A stretch of 64,000 nt of DNA from Trichoplax adhaerens. Its lineage: Eukaryota > Animalia > Placozoa. Under the pieces are notes generated by a model. That model made no database searches and was not told where the DNA came from. It saw only the letters and a program-made list of their open reading frames with translations. The DNA is taken from assembly GCF_000150275.1 (NCBI RefSeq), contig NW_002060948.1, positions 5,316,336-5,380,335 on the forward strand, written 5' to 3'. Positions 55,801 to 64,000 of this stretch are shown here, piece by piece. The translations under genes were made by a program, and so were the position numbers. Position 1 is the first letter of the stretch; the number at the start of each line of letters is the position of its first letter.

Positions 55801-58580
55801 TTACCTCTATAAGCGTTATGTAACTTGGCAAAGAGTTCTTCAGCGATCTACGAATTTGTAAATGTCATACGGATAATTAGATGAAATGTTTCTATAAAGT
55901 GATTTGTTTTCATACATCTGTGATTGGGTTGTCTAGACTTACTTAAACAACATTAACTATATACATATATAGTTCTAATGTCTCATCATGAGTTAGCAAC
56001 ACTAGTTACAAATCAACAACTAGAAGGTTTGATGCTGCGTATAAAAACACAGATGATGAAATTTGAATCGTGTAATAAAAGTCATCAGAAGTACTGCGGA
56101 TGTACGCAGTAAAATATTGTGTAACACGTAACGCTGCAATTACTACTGTTCTTTGGTGAAAAAAATTGCTAACCGCTGCTTTGTTCGACTAAAGGTTATC
56201 CATTTATACGAAGACAATTTTATCATAGAATGGCTGTTGCGATAACGTTAGTAAAGCGATACCATCCTTACCTGTTTCTTGGTAGGATCAGCGTGTTTGT
56301 CAGGATGGTAAACTACGCACATGCGACGGTAAGCAGTTCGTAATTCTTCAGGGGAAGCCTATCAGAAGATTTGGTTTGCAAAATATTAATAAGTTAACGC
56401 ATTATGACAATATCTAAGACAATTGAATACAGATAGATCACGGCCTATTAAGAATGTAGACATCACCTTTACAATAGTGCACTTATGAAAGCAGAAATAA
56501 CATGAAATGCGAGTATGCTTTACAGCAATCCCTAGTTTTAAAGTCGTATATATTTTTGTGTACACATGCAAGCATTTCTAAATAAATAAATAAATTTTCC
56601 CGTTCGGAGAGATTTTTAAGCTTTCTTAGCTAAAGAGTTTCAATGGTTTTACAAATTTCGGAACCTATTTTAACTGCTGATGTAACTATCTAATAAACAA
56701 TATAATCACTTGTTACATTGTCAAAGAATCTCGATTACTATCTTTTTCAGGGTTCAACCAGAACTGTTTTTGCGGAATAATTCATTAAGCAATCCTACAA
56801 TTCCTAGTTGCTATTCGACAACCACAAAATTATTATGATGAACCCAGGTAATATTTTCCGCTCCTACCCAGTATCTATCACATAGTGTATCGCTTACTTG
56901 CATAATATTCAAGTACGTCCAAATTGCCAGAAGTGCTACGATGGTAATTTTAAGATCCATAAACTTATGTAAAATAGGTCGTGTGCTGATTGTTTCCTAC
57001 TACTATTTTGATACAGTAGTACAGTAATTGCATTCGATAGAGCAAGTAATCGTTCAATATAGTTGATATTCAAAGAGTAAATGACAACAAGATACAGTAA
57101 ATTTCATACCCATGCTCATGCAAGTATTGTAAAATGATATATACCTCTTGCAGAATCTACAGGGCAACACGCCAATTGGGTGTAATCTCAATATAAAGAT
57201 AATATCTATCCACTACTCCAGGCTCATGCTTCAACTTAGACTACTAGAATTCCATCAACTCAAAATGTATTCACATTGTTACTAGCATGTTCCCATCACA
57301 CTATAAGCTACTAGAAATTGTTCTAGGTCTATTTTTAGTTTTTACATAAGTATAAACCCTCTTATTATCGACACCTTACTCAAGAACTGATGTGAAATAA
57401 TATACGTAAAACGTCAAGTGGTAAGCTACATGTGTAAAGCTTCTTTCTCAATCTGAGTGCAAGTATAACTTTCCATGGATTAAGATTACGATTGTATCTT
57501 TATGTCCAGCATGTTCCCATCAAGTCCATATGGTAAACTACCAGCAACAGAATACGAAAATCTGTTTTCAGTCCTCTACGTTATTACAAACCTTCTTATG
57601 ATCTGTAGATTGCTTGTAAGACCTTCAATATATTCATCTCATTAATATAACAGCATCGCAATATACCCAACGCAGACAACCTGTGCAAATACTTTTGTTA
57701 ATCTAGCTACAAATTTGAAAAGATGAATGCATACCCTAAATTACTAGTAATACATTGAGTGGAAGCCTATTCTCAGTCTACTAAGTCACAATAATCCTCT
57801 TGTTTTCTCTAGATTGCTCAAAAAACTAGTTCTATCCTTATACCAAAAGCACCTGCGGTATAGGTCGCATGTATAAATCTTCTTTCCTAATCTACCTGCA
57901 AGTATTGTCGTCCACAGATTAAGATTTCAAATGTATCTATATGACTAATACGTAGGTAGTACGAGTACATTTCACCAATTTGATACCGTAAACTACTAGT
58001 CCAGGACTAAGCAGATCTACTTGTAGTTTTCTATGTCACTGCAAAGTGCAAAGCTTCTTGTGATCGGTAGATTTTTCAATACCTCATACCCATAGTATGC
58101 ATAATCTCTTTAAAATCGTTTTACTGTATACGACTATACTCGTCTGATGCAATCCAATGCAAGAGCATGATACTTATACCCAAAGGCCACATGTGCAATT
58201 TCTCTTCTTTCTCAATCTGACTGCTGATGCTGTTTCCACACATTCATAAACAATCATAATAAGTAGTAAAGTATTCCATTGCTTAACTAATCTAACCTAT
58301 ACTGCTTCCATGCATAATACAGATGGAAGCTAAGAATGTTGTTGCCTAGCTCTTACGATAGTTCACAATTTTAGCAAATTGATTAATTCATCTTGATACA
58401 TGCCGATTGGACAACATCACTTTCAGAATGGAAATAGTCCAATCGAATACATTGAATTTACTATAATCGAGTATTTATCGATGCTATAACTCTACTTACA
58501 TCACGTCGAACGTTAAGGATAGCGTAGTACTCTGAATGATCAGAATTAGGATCAATTTTCTCTTGGAAATCTTCCGCCAT
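52871..58580 (-). CDS. DNAJC11: DnaJ homolog subfamily C member 11 (mitochondrial outer membrane J-protein), multi-exon
   Basis: Exon 1 (58580-58500) [17 protein letters not shown]. Exon 2 (56358-56272) carries the J-domain [13 protein letters not shown]. Later exons give [61 protein letters not shown] and the C-terminus LRVPKQSHRIQGQE*. Confidence 0.93.
57100..58260 (+). pseudogene. Decayed TPR-like repeat array inside DNAJC11 intron 1 (antisense to host)
   Basis: Units at 57430 ([21 protein letters not shown]) and 57869 ([23 protein letters not shown]), with related ones near 57690 and 58190, alternate with a second unit type near 57355, 57588, 57795, 58050. Contains in-frame stops. Confidence 0.45.
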
Positions 58581-58674
58581 GGAGGCAGTGAGCAATTTCA
58601 AGTTGGAAATAAAATTTGCGCGGGCGCAGACCAAATTCAAACTGGTATCGAACTGCCCTAGGAGGAGAGGAAGA

Positions 58675-58686
58675 TGCGCATGCGCG
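58675..58686. promoter_or_regulatory. NRF-1 consensus site upstream of DNAJC11
   Basis: TGCGCATGCGCG fits YGCGCAYGCGCR and lies about 95 bp 5' of the DNAJC11 ATG in a locally GC-rich patch. Confidence 0.6.
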
Positions 58687-58984
58687 ATACTCGAGTGTTC
58701 GGCAGTCGAGTGGGATAATGTGATGAAATTGGCTTACTGGGTACTGATTCAATCAGGTGAAGTAGTAACTACCATTGACTAGTTGTCTGTTTTTACTCCA
58801 TTTGCTATGCGCATTGCAATGTACTGTACGAGTACTACCATAGAGATTTAAAAGCACTTTGGATCAGAACCGCAACCATGGAAATAGCTCCTAGCAACCA
58901 GCTGCTTGAAGAGTACCTTTGCATTCCCAGGGGGGATCTCTCGAAGATTACTAGTGGCAATATCATGCGATAGAGTTTGCAATC

Positions 58985-60450
58985 TTTTGTAGTAATAGCT
59001 TGGCTGCAGAAGCAGTGGAAGAGATACACAAGATAAACTTAACAAGTCATCGATGAGAACTATCTTCCTTCTTCAACTTGCATTAGTAGCTAATGGTTTG
59101 ATAGCAAAGATTGTGCAAGAGCTTCCAGGATGAACTCGATGATCATCGGTAAATATGACTGTATCTACAATCTTAATATGTGCTAATTACTAATCTATAC
59201 ACATAAATAAACAATTGACTGCAGAAATAGTGGAAGAATACGTTCTAGCATTAACTTAATAATCAACTGTAATACCTATCCTCTACGTCCTATTTGTATT
59301 AGTAGTGAGTACATTGCCTTAACTGCAATAGCTATGGTGGAAGAATACACGTTGGCATTAGCGGTAATAACTTTCTTCCACGTCCTACTTGTGTTAGTAA
59401 TGAATTACCTAAATGCAGCAATAGTGCAAGAGTACGTACAACCATTTACTTAACTATGATCAGTTGTAGCTACTATATTTTTATCCACATATCTGAGTTC
59501 GTAATTCTATACTTGACTGCAGAAATAGTGAGCGAGTATACGTAAAGACTAGCTCAATAAGTGATGAGCGATAGCTCCCTTTCATCTCAAATTTGTGCGG
59601 CTGTTGATAATAACTACCCTACAGAAAAGAGTGAAAGAGTCTTCACAAGCAGCTTAACAATGTTCGCTAGCGATTACTGTATCTTCGATCTTATATGTAT
59701 TACTAGCTGATTGCTTAGTACAATAGTAGTAGAAGAGTGCACACCACGATTAAGTCAGTAATCATTGGTAATAATTTACTATATCTTCAATCTCTGCTTG
59801 TATTAATTACTAATTTATATAAAACAACCTACCTTATAAGTAAGAAAAAGAATTTGCTAAAGGATAACTCAGCAAATCATCGTTAATATTTACTGTATCT
59901 TCAATAATCTCAACTTGTATTAGTACCTAATATCACTGGGTTGCAGAAATGGTGGCAGACAATAACCACTATATCTTCAATCTCGCACACAGCATTAACC
60001 GCTAGTTTAAACAAAGACATAAACACTTAACTCCAGAAATAATCCAAGAGGACACACTAGGGTTAACTTAGTAATCATTGCTAATAATTGTTATATCTTC
60101 AATCTCATGCTTGTATTAGTTGGCAATTGACTGCAGAGATTGTGGAAGAGTATATGCATCTAACTCAGCGATCAGGCTAGGTTATTACGAGCTAAATTAT
60201 AGACGCATACTAGATTTACGTTGATCACATTGATCGGTGATAACTATCTTCAATCATATATTTATATTGCTTGCTTATCGAATGATTGAAGAAATAGTGA
60301 AAGGGCAAGGATTAACTCAGTAATTAGGGTCAGTTTGCATAATTACTGACCAGCTTATTAACGCTTATAAAACTTGCATTGACTGATCGATAACCATTGT
60401 TAATTTCAATCTTGTATTAATAGCTAGGCAATTGAGTGCAAGACGAATAT
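58985..60450. repeat. Degenerate tandem repeat, about 102-bp unit, about 13 copies
   Basis: Recurrent actgcagaaatagtggaagagta..attaactcagtaatca..tatcttcaatctc..cttgtattagt near 59061, 59161, 59276, 59372, 59474, 59575, 59679, 59781, 59895, 59971, 60092, 60245, 60404. Confidence 0.8.
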
Positions 60451-60506
60451 AAAGGTACCTTAAAATTTCTACAGTAGTGCTACATTCTCCCATTCCTATC
60501 TCGGTA

Positions 60507-62555
60507 ATGCTGCTCTTCAACAAGCCATGGCAGGCAATAGCAGTGGTAATGCTATGCCTTCTCTTCATGACAAATCCACAATATGGTAATGGTGCTAAAA
60601 TATTATCTATTGCACTATTCTATCCAAGTCATGCAAGAGTTATGAAGGAAATAGCAGCCCAATTACAAGCAAGAGATCACTCCGTTGTCCTTGTTATTTC
60701 ATCTATCAGTGAGACTGTACAAGATCTTCAGGAGTATCAATTTAAAACCAAATACTATCAGACACCAGTAACAAAATCAGCTATATCAGATTGTTCTGCT
60801 ATAGCGTTACAAAACAATGACCCTCTACTGACGGCATGTTATGAATTAATTATCAGCGATGCACGAGCATTTAGCAATGATAAGAAGCTATTGGATGAAT
60901 TAAAGAATGAAAATTTTGGTAAGCAATTGATTGAGCGATATGGTCATGAAGCATAGCATTACCTAGGCAGATCTAAAAGATTTGGATACTATCAGTTATA
61001 AATTGACATACAATAAAAACAGGCTGCAAATGAATACTAATGAAAGGCTGTAAATAATCGATAAACTTAAACAGCAGATTATTGTTTACCATGTATGTAG
61101 TAACAGATCAATTTGCGTTTATGCACCACAAATGTAGTAAAAGAATGCAAACAATAGATGCAGTTTAGAGTAATTTACGAATCTCTATCTATCACTACTA
61201 TGTTATGGTTGTTTACGTCAACGAGAATAAAGATAAATCATACCTTGTGGGTATATTTTACTTCTTTAGTTGTTTTAAATTTTAGCGCACCTCACGATAG
61301 AAGTAAGTCATTTGATTTTGATTGCTGCTGTAATGCTATTATTTTTATCATTAGTGTACTTAACAACATAGTTTAGGTAAAACATTGAAATAACTATTAC
61401 TGATGCTAGTCATTGGTATTATTCATAGATGCGATAGTGTGCGATGTTAGCTGCTACATGTGTCAAGTAGTAGCCGAATATATTGATATTAAGATCCAAG
61501 TGGATGTATCCCTATTTGGATTTGGTGATCCTTTGCTGGCGCGTGCATTCAATATTCCTAGTCCATTAGCTTATGTTCGTCAAGTTGGATTAACATCACC
61601 GTACAAAATGGGTTTATATCATCGTACATTTAATGTCATCTTAAGATTGATTGTGCCCTTTTTCATCGATCAATTCATGTTTAATCCGATGTATGCAGCT
61701 ATCAATACTACAAATCTTGGCCTTGATTCCTTGCCAAATTACAGCATTAAAAGATCTACCTTCTTGCTTGTCAACTCCGATTTTGCTCTTGAGAACTCAC
61801 GTCCAATTACTCCAACGACGAAAGTCGTTGGTCCAATTCTTCCAAGGCCACCAGCAGCATTACCCCCTAATTTACAGCAATTTATCAATTCTAATAATAA
61901 AGGCACAATTGTGGTATCGTTTGGTTCAGTTTTTAGTGCCTTAAAGTTTTTAACCGATATTCAAATTTTTTTCCATTCATTTGATCGGTTACCTTACAAT
62001 GTTATATGGAAATATCCCGATGAAAATCGTGTAAATATGGATAACTCTATCAAGACAGTTCAATGGCTGCCACAAAACGATCTTCTTGGACATCCAAATG
62101 TGATAGCTTTCGTTACACATTGTGGATTAAATAGTGTCCTTGAAGCTGCCTATCATGGCGTACCTATGGTAGCTATTCCTGTAGCGGGTGATGGATATGA
62201 TCATGCTCAAAAAATTTTAGCTAAAAATATAGGCGTTGTTTTGGACGTTAAGACGATTACTAGTGACGAAGTATTTAATGCCATTATGCAAGTGACAACT
62301 GATAAAAGTATTATTGCAAGTGTTAAACGAGTAGCTAAATGCATTAAAAATAGACCTAATAACAGAACACCAGTTGAGGAAGCTGTAGACTGGATAGAAT
62401 ATGCACTAGGCAATGAAGGAGGACATTATCTTCGAACTATGGAATATACAATACCATGGTATAAACTATATTTAATAGATATTTTCACTATATTTTTTAT
62501 TGCACTTTTTATAATTCTAAAAATCTTTCAATTCATACACAAGAAATTTTTCTAA
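60507..62555 (+). CDS. Membrane-bound UDP-glycosyltransferase (GT1, animal UGT type), 2 exons
   Basis: Exons 60507-60918 and 61429-62555. Signal peptide, PSH (catalytic His), FDAIVCD (catalytic Asp), UGT signature WLPQNDLLGHPNVIAFVTHCGLNSVLEAAYHGVPMVAIP, C-terminal TM helix and KKxx end (HKKFF*). Confidence 0.93.
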
Positions 62556-64000
62556 AATTGAAATTACGGTACAATACTATATTTATTTACAGTCAGAAAT
62601 TTGTACGCCATAATTTTAAAAAAGAAACCACAGTAGAGTTTAATACATGGCTTTGAACGAATAATGAACGATTGCCAACAATTTACTGTTATTATCGTTT
62701 TGAACCTGCAAACTCTGTTGGTATCTTTTCCTTTGCTCATTTAGGTAATCCTAGGCAATGCCGTGAGTTTAGTATTGCTTCTTAATAGGTTATGTACTAA
62801 GGTATATAAACTGATGCATCGAGTAGATCGGTAGTTCTTGCCTATGCGTATGTTGTAGATTCTTTAGCGGTTTAAGATTTTACTGTAACAAAAGTTTAAT
62901 TCATTACATTAATTAAATCCGATTTGTTTAATGTTATCATTATGTACCCCAACGAATTGACTTTGTTACATCCTACAGCATAATTTTTCGAGTAATAAAA
63001 GACGCCCACATTAGATTGTTTGTCTGTATTTATGGAACTTAATTTTCACATTTTGAGACTTGGAGCTTAAGTAGCTAACATGTAAAATTTTGTGTTAGTT
63101 ACTCATTATATCGTTATTTATTATCTATGTAAAATGGTACACTTCGGAATCTCAAATTAGCGATAAAATTTAACTGATCTGGAATTTCCTAACAAGTTTG
63201 CGATCTATTCTTTGATTGAATTTGCTTTCAAGCCAAACACAACTTGGTATTGTTGCTACAAAATCCTGAATTGGTATTAATATTGTTGTTCTGTTAATTG
63301 CTTCTCTTCATATTCTGTTTCGTAAATCAAATATACCAAAGTATCACAAAGCAATAAACTATAGTAATATATTATAATTATCTATCAACAACCAGATGTA
63401 AGCATCGTAGGACGTAATGTACGATAAATTTATTTCAAACTGTGAATCAGAAAATTTCGAGTAGAGAGTTAAGAAGTTTTTTTTTTGAAGAACTTGTTAC
63501 AATTCAAAGGCCTTCTCTCATTTCATGACACTACAATGCTGTAGTAACTCGCTATTACATAGCGCATTAGTTCGTACATCAGTCCAGTAAGACCGTAGTT
63601 TATCGTAATAATTTACTATAAACCGTTTGTTGTCGAAATGGTGATATTTTTCAGGATTCATCAATACATAATATTAAAATCAACCTTCAATATAATAACT
63701 CATAACTACAGTTTATTATACGCAAGAAAACGCATCATTGCTACCACAACAGAGTCCCTAACAGTACGTATTGTAACTTATACCCATTAGCCTACTAATT
63801 TATTCGTATCAAAATTTGAATAGCTATTGGAATTGTTGGCGACATTCATAATCTAGTAAATTATCTTAATCAAAATTATCAGTAAGTAAAGAAAATAAGG
63901 AATTCCCTTAATTATAACTTATAGTAATAAAGCGATCAAAACTATATATCCCATAATCTTGTACAACAGTCGCTGCCAACAGATACGAATGAAGAATTGT

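Noticed and set aside
58985-60450. Repeat array as decayed EGF repeats (CRNGGR at about 59942)
   Set aside because: Only one unit gives CxNGG, and the six-cysteine spacing is not recoverable in the others.

Overview
AT-rich, intron-dense eukaryotic (animal) DNA. Short GT-AG introns and compact gene spacing resemble a placozoan such as Trichoplax; this taxon call is inference only. The window holds a same-strand tandem array of at least five SLC23/NAT (NCS2) nucleobase-transporter paralogs. The first is cut by the window edge, and the other four are complete 12-exon genes of about 604-610 aa with identical intron positions. These are followed by ALDH4A1 (+), a convergent DNAJC11 (-) and a divergent two-exon UDP-glycosyltransferase (+). 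The main finding is that the paralogs have diversified at the NAT specificity motif (Q vs E at the first position; R/G/K at the last) and in the TM3 motif. They also show gene-conversion-like tracts and share a small promoter module. Intergenic DNA holds three copies of a solo-LTR-like element, tiny TA-flanked TG..CA elements, three decayed repeat arrays (one TPR-like) and a GC-richer island with a strong hairpin and a possible decayed cysteine-protease ORF. All exon coordinates were read by eye; no database searches were run.
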